Origin: Candidatus Levyibacteriota bacterium
GTDB lineage: Bacteria; Patescibacteriota; Microgenomatia; Levybacterales; UBA12049
Direction of reading: 5' to 3'
Length of the DNA stretch: 64,000 nt
Assembly: GCA_003173895.1 (NCBI GenBank)
Contig: PJMG01000002.1
Span: 26,974 to 90,973 of the forward strand
Shown: positions 48,381 to 60,127 of the stretch, one piece after another
Layout: each line of letters starts with the position of its first letter
Position numbering within the stretch: the stretch's first letter is position 1
Program-made: the position numbers and the translations under genes
The notes under the pieces: generated by a model
The model's database searches: none
What the model was told of the DNA's origin: nothing
The model's input: the letters and a program-made list of their open reading frames with translations, nothing else

Positions 48381-49967
48381 CTATTTCTTATATAGTTTAA
48401 CATGAGTGACATTATTTTGATAAATTATTCTCCAATTTTTATATTTATTAGGTAAATTAGAATTCTGTGTTGCTATATAATTAAATTTATCCGAAGGCTT
48501 TAAAAATGATTGGTCAATAAATGGAAAATCCACATAATATTCGTTATGAAAACCAATTAATAACACTTTATCTTTAACTTTTATATGATTTTTAAAAAAA
48601 TTAGCGCAATCATAAAAATCACCAAAATTTAAATTTAAATTTTTGCATAAAAATTCTACTTTAGTCTCCTTAGCTAAAATCACGGGTAAATATTTATAAT
48701 TAGCGCCAAATCTAAAAATAATTGAAATAATAATAGCTAAAATAACAACAGTGATTAAAACTGTAGTTTCAAATTTCTGTTTCTTATAGAAATCAATTAA
48801 AATAGCACAAACTATAGAAAAAATTCCAGTAAATGGTAATATGAAACGTCCCCCACCAGTAAGTGGTGTAAAATACCAAGAAAAATAAATTATTATTGAT
48901 AATAATAACAAATAGAATTTCCCTTCTTTAAATTTTTTAATATTAATAAAAACAAGTGGAATAAATATTAAAAATATTGGAGACAAAGGGTCGGGGCTAG
49001 CGGTAAAAATTTTCCAAGTGATTTCTATAAAAAATAAAGGATTAAAAATACTCCAAGAATAGCCGCTGGGATAAAGCTTAGTTAGGAATGGATACATGGG
49101 ATTTCCTGTGGAAATATACGAAAAAATAAACCAAGGTAGTGGAATTAGAAAAACTACAAGGTTATAAAGTAATAAATTTTTAGTTACAAATTTACTCTGG
49201 TAAGAATTTTTTACATAAAATATTATTAAAAAAATATTTATTCCTACTAAATCAAATACAGAAATTAATTTAGTACTAATTGCTAAGCCAGTCAAAATAG
49301 ATGATTTCATTAAATCAATAACATTTCTATTTTTAGCAAAATGCAATAAATAATAAAAACTTAGAACTTCAAAAAAAGTTCTTATTAAATCTACATATGC
49401 TGTTATTTGTAACCAATCAAATGCTAGGGAGGATGAAAAAATAATACAAGCTATAATCGATAATTTTTTGGGTAAATATAATCTGCCAATTTTATAAATT
49501 ACTAAAATCGTCAATAGTCCAAATATAAAATGGAATAGTTTAGCATATATCTCTGAACCAAATGATATAAATGCAGCATATATCATTTCTGTAAATTTAG
49601 GCATTACAGAATAATAAAAAAGTCCTCCAGGAATAAAAAATATTTTATGGTTTAGAAGATAAATTTTAGGTAAAGTTAAATGGTACCATAATGCGTCAAA
49701 AGAAAGTTCTGGACCAAGCGCACCAATTAAATTAACCAATTGCTGTAATATCAGTAAACTCAAACTTAATATTATTACTTTGTCATTCTGAACTAAATGA
49801 AGAATCTCGTTCTTATTATTTAATAAATTTTTAATCAAAATTCCAACTGACAATATAATATAAATTAAAGATAAAATAATTAAAATTTGTTTATATAAAA
49901 ATCCAAAAATTCCTAGAGAAAAAATTATGTAGGAGAATATACCAGTAAGAATAGCAAATGTAAACAT
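48381..49967 (-). CDS. Multi-pass GT-C-like glycosyltransferase
   Basis: FDALWYHLTLPK, YVD, GLAISTK, PW...TGNP.YPF, RFILP; many TM segments. Confidence 0.7.
   Translation of the reverse strand: MFTFAILTGIFSYIIFSLGIFGFLYKQILIILSLIYIILSVGILIKNLLNNKNEILHLVQNDKVIILSLSLLILQQLVNLIGALGPELSFDALWYHLTLPKIYLLNHKIFFIPGGLFYYSVMPKFTEMIYAAFISFGSEIYAKLFHFIFGLLTILVIYKIGRLYLPKKLSIIACIIFSSSLAFDWLQITAYVDLIRTFFEVLSFYYLLHFAKNRNVIDLMKSSILTGLAISTKLISVFDLVGINIFLIIFYVKNSYQSKFVTKNLLLYNLVVFLIPLPWFIFSYISTGNPMYPFLTKLYPSGYSWSIFNPLFFIEITWKIFTASPDPLSPIFLIFIPLVFINIKKFKEGKFYLLLLSIIIYFSWYFTPLTGGGRFILPFTGIFSIVCAILIDFYKKQKFETTVLITVVILAIIISIIFRFGANYKYLPVILAKETKVEFLCKNLNLNFGDFYDCANFFKNHIKVKDKVLLIGFHNEYYVDFPFIDQSFLKPSDKFNYIATQNSNLPNKYKNWRIIYQNNVTHVKLYKK
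49782..49808 (+). repeat. Degenerate GTCATTCTGA-type REP-like element inside the 48381..49967 CDS
   Basis: GTCATTCTGAACTAAATGAAGAATCTC, similar to the copies at 56181-56253; read as EILHLVQND. Confidence 0.7.
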
Positions 49968-50071
49968 TATTTAACTCTTTGAAGCAATTGATAAAAATAA
50001 TTTATAAAAACAAAAATTATCCAAATTGTTAACAATACTTTAAGATTTACCTTTCTTAATTCTTGATTCAT
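49967..50071 (-). CDS. 34-aa single-TM small protein missing from the ORF track
   Basis: MNQELRKVNLKVLLTIWIIFVFINYFYQLLQRVK*; starts 3 nt after the upstream stop and ends in a TAATG overlap with the next gene. Confidence 0.6.
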   Translation of the reverse strand: MNQELRKVNLKVLLTIWIIFVFINYFYQLLQRVK

Positions 50072-50074
50072 ACT

Positions 50075-50824
50075 TCATGATTCCGAATTTAGTTGCCAAA
50101 GTTTACCTCGTACTAAAAATGAATGAAAACTCATCATAATTGCAAAAACTAAACCGATCTCTCCATCTTTATATCCTTCCTTTATGAAAAAATTCTGAAA
50201 AAATTTTCCGACAGGATAAGCTATTATTTCAAAAACATTAGTTTTTTTATTTGAATCAAAAAGTTCTTGTGCTCTAATAGAACTATAAAAATTTACTGCT
50301 GATAAAAATTCTGAGACTGTTGGGTGAGGGTAGTGGTAAATAGGATTTTTTAACTCCCCTACTTCTCCATCTACTAACATTTTTTCATGTACATTACCAA
50401 TCCATGATGCTTTGTTTTTACGAGCTAAACGCAATAATTTTAAATCTTTAATTTCTCCATGTGATATTTCTCCTCCCCAAATAAAATCTACCCTCTTAAA
50501 GTAAAATCCATTAAAATTGGTATATTTAATCTTTTCTAATATTTCATCTTTTAACCGCATAGAAATTTCTTCATCAGCATCTAGAAATAAAACATAATCC
50601 ATAGTAGCTTTAGAAATAGCGAAATTTCTTTGAAGGGAAAAATTTTTTTCTAGTTTCCTTTTATATATTTTCTTGGTAAACTTTTTAGCTATCTCTATAG
50701 TTCTATCTTCTGAATAATCGTCGATAATAATTATTTCATCGCAGAAAGCTAAACTATTCAGACATTTTTCTACATTTTTTTCTTCATTTTTAGTTATAAC
50801 AATTCCCGAAATACTTGACCTCAT
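50075..50824 (-). CDS. Glycosyltransferase family 2 (WaaE/KdtX-like)
   Basis: ITKNEE, DDYSED.T, QRNFA, LDADE, VHE, GYKDG..G. Confidence 0.9.
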   Translation of the reverse strand: MRSSISGIVITKNEEKNVEKCLNSLAFCDEIIIIDDYSEDRTIEIAKKFTKKIYKRKLEKNFSLQRNFAISKATMDYVLFLDADEEISMRLKDEILEKIKYTNFNGFYFKRVDFIWGGEISHGEIKDLKLLRLARKNKASWIGNVHEKMLVDGEVGELKNPIYHYPHPTVSEFLSAVNFYSSIRAQELFDSNKKTNVFEIIAYPVGKFFQNFFIKEGYKDGEIGLVFAIMMSFHSFLVRGKLWQLNSES

Positions 50825-51016
50825 AAAATGATTTTAACATATTCCATACTAATTTCTTATCTGAATTTTTGCTGATTTTAATATTAGAGGTCTATTATAA
50901 ATTTATTATGACTACAAGAACATATTTTTCACAGAGTATTAAATATATTTTTAAAGAAGTTGAAATGATTTTTCAAGCGTGGTTTTTCGTTTTGACAGTT
51001 AAAATTTGATGAAAAT

Positions 51017-51421
51017 TTACCTTTTATATTTTTGAGCAATTTTTATCTGTAATAATGATCGACGTAGTTCTCCTTCAATTTCAGCTATTTCTTCCGCAGA
51101 AAGATTTTGTTTTAATTTTTCCTCTGCTCTTCTTTTAGCTTCTTCCGCCGCGGCTACACTAATATCTTTACCATGAACAGCGAAATCTGCCAATATAGTA
51201 GTAGATTTCTGAGAAACGTCTAAAAAACCACCTTCTACTGCGAAGTGTTCTGTTTTACCATTTATATTTAAAATAATTTCTCCTCCCTGGAGCTGTGTAA
51301 AAACAGGAACATGATTAGGTAAAATAGTTACTTCCCCACCAATAGTAGGGATGGTAGCTTCGGAAACTTCGTTATCAAAAATAGTTTTTTCTGGAGTAAT
51401 TATGCTTAAATGAAAAGTCAT
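51017..51421 (-). CDS. atpC: ATP synthase F1 epsilon subunit
   Basis: IITPE, GEVTILPNH.P, GGFL, ILAD, C-terminal helices; operon position. Confidence 0.93.
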   Translation of the reverse strand: MTFHLSIITPEKTIFDNEVSEATIPTIGGEVTILPNHVPVFTQLQGGEIILNINGKTEHFAVEGGFLDVSQKSTTILADFAVHGKDISVAAAEEAKRRAEEKLKQNLSAEEIAEIEGELRRSLLQIKIAQKYKR

Positions 51422-51430
51422 ACCAAAGAA

Positions 51431-53723
<2,293 letters not shown>

Positions 53724-53732
53724 ACGATTTTA

Positions 53733-55280
53733 TCAACTAAACGTTTTCTTAAATTGTTCTGTTGCTTTTTTAAGCAGTTCATTAACTTCTGGTGTTAATT
53801 TTTTACCAGTTTCTATTTCTGCTATTATTTTTTTGTTATGAGATCTCATAAAATTATGATATTTTTCTTCAAAAGCTGAAATTCTCTCTACTGCTATATC
53901 ATCTAGATGACCATTCGTAGCAGCCCAAATAGAAAGTACTTCATCAACTTCATCAAGAGGCTGATACTGTGGTTGAATTAAAATTTGAGATAATCTTTTA
54001 CCACGATCTAACTGTTTTTGTGTTGCTGCATCTAAATCTGACCCAAATTGTGCGAAAGCTGCTAATTCTCGATATTGTGCTAAATCTAATTTAATTCTAC
54101 CTGCTACAGATTTCATCGCACCAGTTTGAGCTGCTCCACCTACACGAGAGACTGAATTTCCTACATCCACTGCTGGTCTAGTTCCACTATTAAATAAATC
54201 ACTCTTTAAGAAAATTTGACCATCTGTAATAGAAATAACATTAGTCGGAATGTATGCAGAGATATCATCAGCTTGAGTTTCTATAACAGGAAGTGCAGTG
54301 ATAGAACCTCCACCATGTTCATCATTTAATTTAACAGCTCTTTCTAACAATCTACTATGAATATAAAAAATATCACCAGGATAAGCCTCACGGCCTGCTG
54401 GACGTTTAAGCGTTAAAGAAATTTGTCTATAAGCCCAAGCATGTTTAGTTAAATCATCATAAATAATTAATACATCCTCACCTTGTTCCATGAAATATTC
54501 TGCCACAGCTACTCCTGCATAAGGAGCTAAATATAAAAGTGCTGCTGGATCTGATGCTGTAGCACTAACGATTACTGTATAATCCAATGCTCCTGTTTCA
54601 GAAAGTTTATTAACTATTTGAGCTACACTACTTTGTTTCTGACCAATGGCTACATAAATACAAATTACTCTTTTTAACTTTTTTCCGCCGGCTGGCGGAT
54701 TTTTAGCTGTATCGTTTTGAGTTTTTTGATTAATAATAGTATCTATAGCTATAGCTGTTTTACCTAAGCCTCTATCACCGATAATTAACTCTCTTTGTCC
54801 TCGACCAATTGGGATCAATGAGTCAATGGCTTTAATTCCAGTTTTAAGTGGAGTATCTACACTTTTTCGTTCTACTATTCCTGGAGCAATTTTTTCCAGT
54901 AACATATCTTTACCTTTTTTCGGTGCTGGTTTACCATCTAAAGCATCACCAATAGGATTTACTACACGACCTAATAAATCATTTGAAGCATTAATCTTTA
55001 AAATATTTCCTGTAGTTTTAACTGTTTGTCCTTCTCTAATATTTGTAGATTTTCCCAAAAGAATAATACCTACACTATCTTCATCCAAATTAATAATAAA
55101 TCCTTTAGTTTTATCCTCGAAAATAACCTCCTCACCCATGAGGGCTTTAGACAGTCCTGAAGCGCTAATCACATCATCAGTTACCTTTTCAACTGTTCCT
55201 ATATTTTCTACTTTAGGATCTGTAGATAAACGTGATAACTTATTTTCTAGTTTTTTTATAATTTCATCAGAATTAATCAT
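53733..55280 (-). CDS. atpA: ATP synthase F1 alpha subunit
   Basis: GRGQRELIIGDR..GKT, GREAYPGD, PTNVISITDGQ, LAQYRELAAFAQFGSDLD. Confidence 0.98.
   Translation of the reverse strand: MINSDEIIKKLENKLSRLSTDPKVENIGTVEKVTDDVISASGLSKALMGEEVIFEDKTKGFIINLDEDSVGIILLGKSTNIREGQTVKTTGNILKINASNDLLGRVVNPIGDALDGKPAPKKGKDMLLEKIAPGIVERKSVDTPLKTGIKAIDSLIPIGRGQRELIIGDRGLGKTAIAIDTIINQKTQNDTAKNPPAGGKKLKRVICIYVAIGQKQSSVAQIVNKLSETGALDYTVIVSATASDPAALLYLAPYAGVAVAEYFMEQGEDVLIIYDDLTKHAWAYRQISLTLKRPAGREAYPGDIFYIHSRLLERAVKLNDEHGGGSITALPVIETQADDISAYIPTNVISITDGQIFLKSDLFNSGTRPAVDVGNSVSRVGGAAQTGAMKSVAGRIKLDLAQYRELAAFAQFGSDLDAATQKQLDRGKRLSQILIQPQYQPLDEVDEVLSIWAATNGHLDDIAVERISAFEEKYHNFMRSHNKKIIAEIETGKKLTPEVNELLKKATEQFKKTFS
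54684..54699. repeat. Short GC hairpin TCCGCC-GGCT-GGCGGA inside atpA
   Basis: Perfect 6-bp stem with a 4-nt loop; encodes NPPAGG in the variable loop after IINQ; related to the hairpin nested in rsmI. Confidence 0.6.
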
Positions 55281-55632
55281 AATTTTCGTCTATAAAATCT
55301 AAAAAATCATCTAATTTGCGCTCCAAAGAAAAATCATAGACCATGTCGGCATATTTTATCTTCGCACCTAACATTAAAAGCTTATTTTCCTCTATATGAA
55401 TATCCTTGTCTGGAAAAATATCTAAAAATAGTTGTTTGGACTTATTATAAATTGAAGCTCGAGGGATCGCAATATGTACTTTCTTTTTATCTTCCTGCAT
55501 TTTTAATTCTTTAATATATTTTTTTAGTTCACTTCGAGGTAAAAGTGAAGCAATTTTATTCACCTTTTTATCATCTAAGTTTTTTTTAGTATAACTAGCT
55601 TGTACTAAATCTTTTATATCTTTCTTTGTCAT
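55273..55632 (-). CDS. atpH: ATP synthase delta subunit (short, divergent)
   Basis: Position between atpF and atpA; C-terminal N..LMLGAKI...D.VYDFSL resembles the delta/OSCP C-terminus. Confidence 0.72.
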   Translation of the reverse strand: MTKKDIKDLVQASYTKKNLDDKKVNKIASLLPRSELKKYIKELKMQEDKKKVHIAIPRASIYNKSKQLFLDIFPDKDIHIEENKLLMLGAKIKYADMVYDFSLERKLDDFLDFIDENYD

Positions 55633-55636
55633 AGAT

Positions 55637-56140
55637 TCAATTCTTAATTTTATTCTCTTTTAAGAATTTATCGATAGCATTTTTTTGTAATTCTTCTGAG
55701 ATAGTGCTGGTAAGAGCTTTTTTTAATACTTCTACAGCTAAAGCATAAGTTTTAGCAGCTAATCTTTTTTCTGTTTCTCTATACTCTACTTGGATCTGAG
55801 CTTTCGCATCGATAATTAATTTTTCAGCGTCTGCCTTAGCATCAGCTTTAGCTTTTTCTATCATCATTAATGCTTCTTTCTTAGCATCACTTAAAATAGA
55901 ATCAGCATTTTTCTCTGCAGCTTTTAATATGTCTTTTTCCTTAACTAGAGCATTATCTAAAATTTTTTGTCCTGCTTTAGCATTTTCTAATCCTTCAGCG
56001 ATAGTTTTTCTTCTATCTTCTAACATTTTTAGGATAGGTTTATATGCAAACCTTTTTAAAAGATAAAAAAGTATTAAAAAATTAATTATTTGTGCGACTA
56101 GTAAATATGGATTTATTCCAAAACTTTTTATTATTTCCAT
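55637..56140 (-). CDS. atpF: ATP synthase F0 b subunit
   Basis: AQIINFLILFYLLKRFAYKPI...L..R, long Ala/Glu/Lys coiled coil. Confidence 0.95.
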   Translation of the reverse strand: MEIIKSFGINPYLLVAQIINFLILFYLLKRFAYKPILKMLEDRRKTIAEGLENAKAGQKILDNALVKEKDILKAAEKNADSILSDAKKEALMMIEKAKADAKADAEKLIIDAKAQIQVEYRETEKRLAAKTYALAVEVLKKALTSTISEELQKNAIDKFLKENKIKN

Positions 56141-56180
56141 AATATTTTAATTTAAAATGCAAAATGCAAAAGTCACTTTA

Positions 56181-56253
56181 TCATCCTGAGTGAAACGAAG
56201 GATCCTTTCGCTTTACTAATTCCGATGGGATTCTTCGCTCTGCTCAGAATGAC
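56181..56253. repeat. Inverted pair of REP-like palindromes between atpE and atpF
   Basis: TCATCCTGAGTGAAACGAAGGATCC (56181-56205, +) and GTCATTCTGAGCAGAGCGAAGAATCC (56253-56228, -). Confidence 0.82.
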
Positions 56254-56258
56254 ATATG

Positions 56259-56468
<210 letters not shown>

Positions 56469-56476
56469 TTATAAAT

Positions 56477-56486
56477 TCACCTCCTT
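56477..56486 (-). promoter_or_regulatory. Strong Shine-Dalgarno sequence of atpE
   Basis: AAGGAGGTGA 11 nt upstream of the atpE ATG. Confidence 0.75.
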
Positions 56487-56494
56487 TAATTTAA

Positions 56495-57214
56495 TCAATG
56501 TGCTTCTTCTTTATGACTAGTCATAAGAATAGACATAAAAGCCATGGTTAACATAGAAAAAACAAGCGCTTGAACTACTCCCACTATAACTTCTAGAGCT
56601 AAAAAAGGCAAGGGGGCTATAAATGCAAAAATGCTAGAAATAGTTGATATAACTATCTCTCCTGCAAATACATTTCCAAAAAGTCGGAAAGATAAAGAAA
56701 CTACTTTAGTAAATTCACCAACTAATTCTAAAAATCCTACAAATAAATATAATGGATTAAATGAAAAATAACGTGATAAATATTCTTTTATTCCTACCGT
56801 TTGAATTGCTAAAATATGAGTAGCCACTGCCGAAACTAGAGCTAATCCCAAAGTCGTATTTATATCACTGGTAGTTGCTCTAAGAAGTGGCGTAAATTCT
56901 TTGCCATGAAAAAATCCTATCGTGGCAAATCCAGGTAAGAGTCCACTTAAATTAGCTAGAATTATAACTAAGAAAAATGAAGCGAAATATGGAAAAATTT
57001 TATTTACATTTTTAGGTGAAATACTAGCAGTTAAAGAATAAAACCCATCGATAATATACTCAACCATATTTTGGAAAAATCCTGGCGTTTTTTTCAGATG
57101 TCTTAACCCAAAGAGTCCTGCAATAATTAACAAATCAACAATTAGAGTATCCAACAATGTATTAGTAAATGGGAATGCACCTATGTAAAATAGTGGTTCT
57201 CCTGCGAAATTCAT
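56495..57214 (-). CDS. atpB: ATP synthase F0 a subunit
   Basis: PG.FQN..E, N..GLLPG, T.DINTT, SLSFRLFGN..AGE, QALVF..LT. Confidence 0.96.
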   Translation of the reverse strand: MNFAGEPLFYIGAFPFTNTLLDTLIVDLLIIAGLFGLRHLKKTPGFFQNMVEYIIDGFYSLTASISPKNVNKIFPYFASFFLVIILANLSGLLPGFATIGFFHGKEFTPLLRATTSDINTTLGLALVSAVATHILAIQTVGIKEYLSRYFSFNPLYLFVGFLELVGEFTKVVSLSFRLFGNVFAGEIVISTISSIFAFIAPLPFLALEVIVGVVQALVFSMLTMAFMSILMTSHKEEAH

Positions 57215-57247
57215 TAAGCTTATTTTACTTGAAATTATATTTTTCCG

Positions 57248-58573
57248 TCAATGGAGAAGTTGTTTAATTACTTTTATTTTCTCTCTAACTTCTGCTAATT
57301 TCTTCTCATCCTCACGTAAAAGTTGAACTACTTCTGCTGCTAGTACAGCTTCTTTTTCATCAATATAGATCATAGGAGATGTACCTATTTGAAGACCAAA
57401 ATGAATTTGTACATTATTATCTTTATTTAAAAATGGTAAATATGACGCTACTGCTCCATTTAATTCGTAATGACCTTTATTAGGAATATCCGTATCCTCA
57501 TCTTTATTTTTGGCTAATTGAAAGTGTAAATGTCCATAAATAATTTGAGAAATTTCTAAATTAGACTCTGTTAATAGTTTTATTAGGTATTGAGTTCCAT
57601 AGATTACTTTTTGATGCTCACTAGCTTTATTAAAATCAAAATTTTCATCAGGATTTGCTTGATTATGCATTTTTCCATCTGGTTCAGCGTGAGTTATAAT
57701 TTGAATTTTTTTACCTTTTTCCCTTGCCACTTTTGCTTTATTTAAAAGATTGATAATTTTTTCGTCCTTAGCTAATTCTTCATCAGATGATCTAGCTAAT
57801 CTTACTTGTTCAGAATATGGAAGATAAATATTAAAATAATTTTCATCTTTCTCACCTTTTAAGTCATCTATAACATCTGCACCTGCCGGAGATAAAAAAT
57901 TTTTAATATTAATTCTCACATCAGCTGGTAATAAAACGGCACTATTTAATCTTTCATTATCACTGTCTGGTTTAAGTTCTGTAGGGATTCCACCTTCTTT
58001 ACCTTCCCAATTTCCTAAAATTACTTTTACATTATTACCATTTGCTATTAAATCTGTAAGTAATTGACCAAATTTATTTGCATTATAAATAACTTCGTCT
58101 TTAAATTTAACTTTTATATCTTCAGGTAAATTAGAAAGCCAATGGCCGTAATTTTGTCTAGAAAGAGCATCTATAACATAATCTGTAGCAGTTTCTATAT
58201 TAAATTCTTCTGGTTTATCCAGAAGTACCTGCATTGCTGATTGGAGATTATCATATGCTGTTCTGACTTTAGAGTCTGTTTTAGAAAGTTCTTCTTTAAG
58301 AGTTTCTAAACTAGTCGATGGATTTATACCTGATCTTTTAGTAAGAGTGTAATAGAGATCTTGCATTTGTATTAATCTAGCTGAGCCTAAAATATCACCT
58401 ATAAAAGTTATTTGCGTATCATGTAATTTAAGAAGTGGAGATAATTGATCTATCTGTCCATGCACGTCACTCACGAAAACTCTAACTTGTCCTTTTGGAA
58501 TTTGTAGTTTTTCTGCCTTTGGATCTAATCCAATAGTATCTGCAGAAGTAGGTGTAAATAGTTTTTCCGTCAT
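57248..58573 (-). CDS. Calcineurin-like metallophosphoesterase (divergent, with large insertions)
   Basis: Ordered motifs VSDVHG, IGDI, LGNWE, ITH, YGHLH. Confidence 0.72.
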   Translation of the reverse strand: MTEKLFTPTSADTIGLDPKAEKLQIPKGQVRVFVSDVHGQIDQLSPLLKLHDTQITFIGDILGSARLIQMQDLYYTLTKRSGINPSTSLETLKEELSKTDSKVRTAYDNLQSAMQVLLDKPEEFNIETATDYVIDALSRQNYGHWLSNLPEDIKVKFKDEVIYNANKFGQLLTDLIANGNNVKVILGNWEGKEGGIPTELKPDSDNERLNSAVLLPADVRINIKNFLSPAGADVIDDLKGEKDENYFNIYLPYSEQVRLARSSDEELAKDEKIINLLNKAKVAREKGKKIQIITHAEPDGKMHNQANPDENFDFNKASEHQKVIYGTQYLIKLLTESNLEISQIIYGHLHFQLAKNKDEDTDIPNKGHYELNGAVASYLPFLNKDNNVQIHFGLQIGTSPMIYIDEKEAVLAAEVVQLLREDEKKLAEVREKIKVIKQLLH

Positions 58574-58634
58574 TAGAATATTATAAGATGATTTATGACA
58601 ATTAACAACTCAGAATAAAATAGAAAATTAGAAG

Positions 58635-58904
58635 TTATTTATCGTGGAAAACTGGTAAACCTCTATCACTTTTTGCTTGTTCTTTATTCATACGCTCCCA
58701 TCCTTTATCACTAATTTTATTTTCTCTTTTTAGTAATCTTAGGGTGCGTCTGCCACCATTGACCAAAGATAATGCTCTTTCTATTCCTTCAAGAATTGCT
58801 AAATTAAATTTTTCTGCTGGAGAAAGGTAATCATATGCACCACGAATTGGTTTTACTTCTGGTGTAGCTGCTGGTTGTGCGTTATCAAACTCTATAGCTG
58901 CCAT
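58635..58904 (-). CDS. Hypothetical protein
   Basis: 89-aa ATG-started ORF filling the gap, co-oriented with its downstream neighbour. Confidence 0.55.
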   Translation of the reverse strand: MAAIEFDNAQPAATPEVKPIRGAYDYLSPAEKFNLAILEGIERALSLVNGGRRTLRLLKRENKISDKGWERMNKEQAKSDRGLPVFHDK

Positions 58905-58987
58905 ATATTGTGTTTATACAGTAACACATCTTATAATAAATGTCAAGATAACTATCTTTTTTTTATATTTTTTGTTATCATCAATTT

Positions 58988-60124
58988 ATGCCCGAACAAG
59001 AAGGCCACCAACCAATTCCCGAAGCTCCCACCGATGCAGAAATTAACCAATTTAATACTATATCTCGTAAAATCACTGCATATATGGAATACCAAATGTC
59101 TCAAGGACAAACACCACATTTACCATCTGGATTAGATCCTGTAGTGGTTAGGCATTTAGTTGAAATGTGGGCTCCAACCGGCGCCCCAGCAGTGGCTTTC
59201 GCTGATGTAGTAAGGGATTTAACAGAAAAAGAAGAACATAGATTTCAGCTTATTAATGATAGTAAAGAAATTTTTGATAGAATAGCTCGTGGTGTTGAGG
59301 CAATTGTTTTAAGTCATGGTACATCTTTAGAAGCAGTTCAGGGTATTAATACAGATGAAATAGATACATCTAGAGGACCAGCTCCCAGAAAGATAGCTGG
59401 TTTTTCTTTACCGGGTCAAAAAGCTAGAGAGCGTGAAGCAGAGAATTATAGATTATTAAGATGGGAAATAGCTCCATTTCATACAGATGGACGTGAATTA
59501 CCTCAATTACAACGTATTCACTATATACGTGATGCGTCTGCTAAAGAATTTGATATTACAGAATATGAATTCCAATTAATAGATCAGGTAACTTCTGAAG
59601 GTGGTAAAAAAGCAAAGGAAGAAATTCAAGATGGGCCAATTTTTGCACTAGAATTTGATCCAGCAACCCATGAAATCAACGGAATTAAAATTTCTTGGAA
59701 ACAGATAACTCGAAATTTAGCTCTGAGTTCTCCTGATCTTTTTCTATCTATAATAAAAGCTAAAAGCCCTGCTCTATCTAATCTTATTGATCGTACTATG
59801 ATAAAACCAGAGCTACTTGCAGGAGTAACAGATGTAGACTACACTTTACAAATTGATTTAGGAAACAGTGCTTTAGGAAGATCACCATCTATTAATTTTG
59901 TAACAAAATATTTACAGATAAGCGGTAGCCCCCAAACTGAGATAACAAGGCATAATGTAGAAAATAAAAATCAGTATACTTATACTTCTGACTCTGGAAA
60001 AGAAGGATCATTCCAATTGAGAGGAAAAGGACCAGAAGAAAGTATCTCTGAGGCTGAATATATAAATATACTTAGAGGAGTAAGAGATATGATGCCTGTA
60101 GATAAAATTCGTCAAGCTAGTTAA
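58988..60124 (+). CDS. Hypothetical protein
   Basis: 378-aa ORF with TGT-TATCAT 6 nt before the ATG; no family recognised. Confidence 0.72.
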   Translation: MPEQEGHQPIPEAPTDAEINQFNTISRKITAYMEYQMSQGQTPHLPSGLDPVVVRHLVEMWAPTGAPAVAFADVVRDLTEKEEHRFQLINDSKEIFDRIARGVEAIVLSHGTSLEAVQGINTDEIDTSRGPAPRKIAGFSLPGQKAREREAENYRLLRWEIAPFHTDGRELPQLQRIHYIRDASAKEFDITEYEFQLIDQVTSEGGKKAKEEIQDGPIFALEFDPATHEINGIKISWKQITRNLALSSPDLFLSIIKAKSPALSNLIDRTMIKPELLAGVTDVDYTLQIDLGNSALGRSPSINFVTKYLQISGSPQTEITRHNVENKNQYTYTSDSGKEGSFQLRGKGPEESISEAEYINILRGVRDMMPVDKIRQAS

Positions 60125-60127
60125 AAA

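Noticed and set aside
50940-50990. TTGAAA-TGATT-TTTCAA inverted repeat downstream of atpC as a terminator
   Set aside because: The stem is AT-rich and weak, with no clear U-tract
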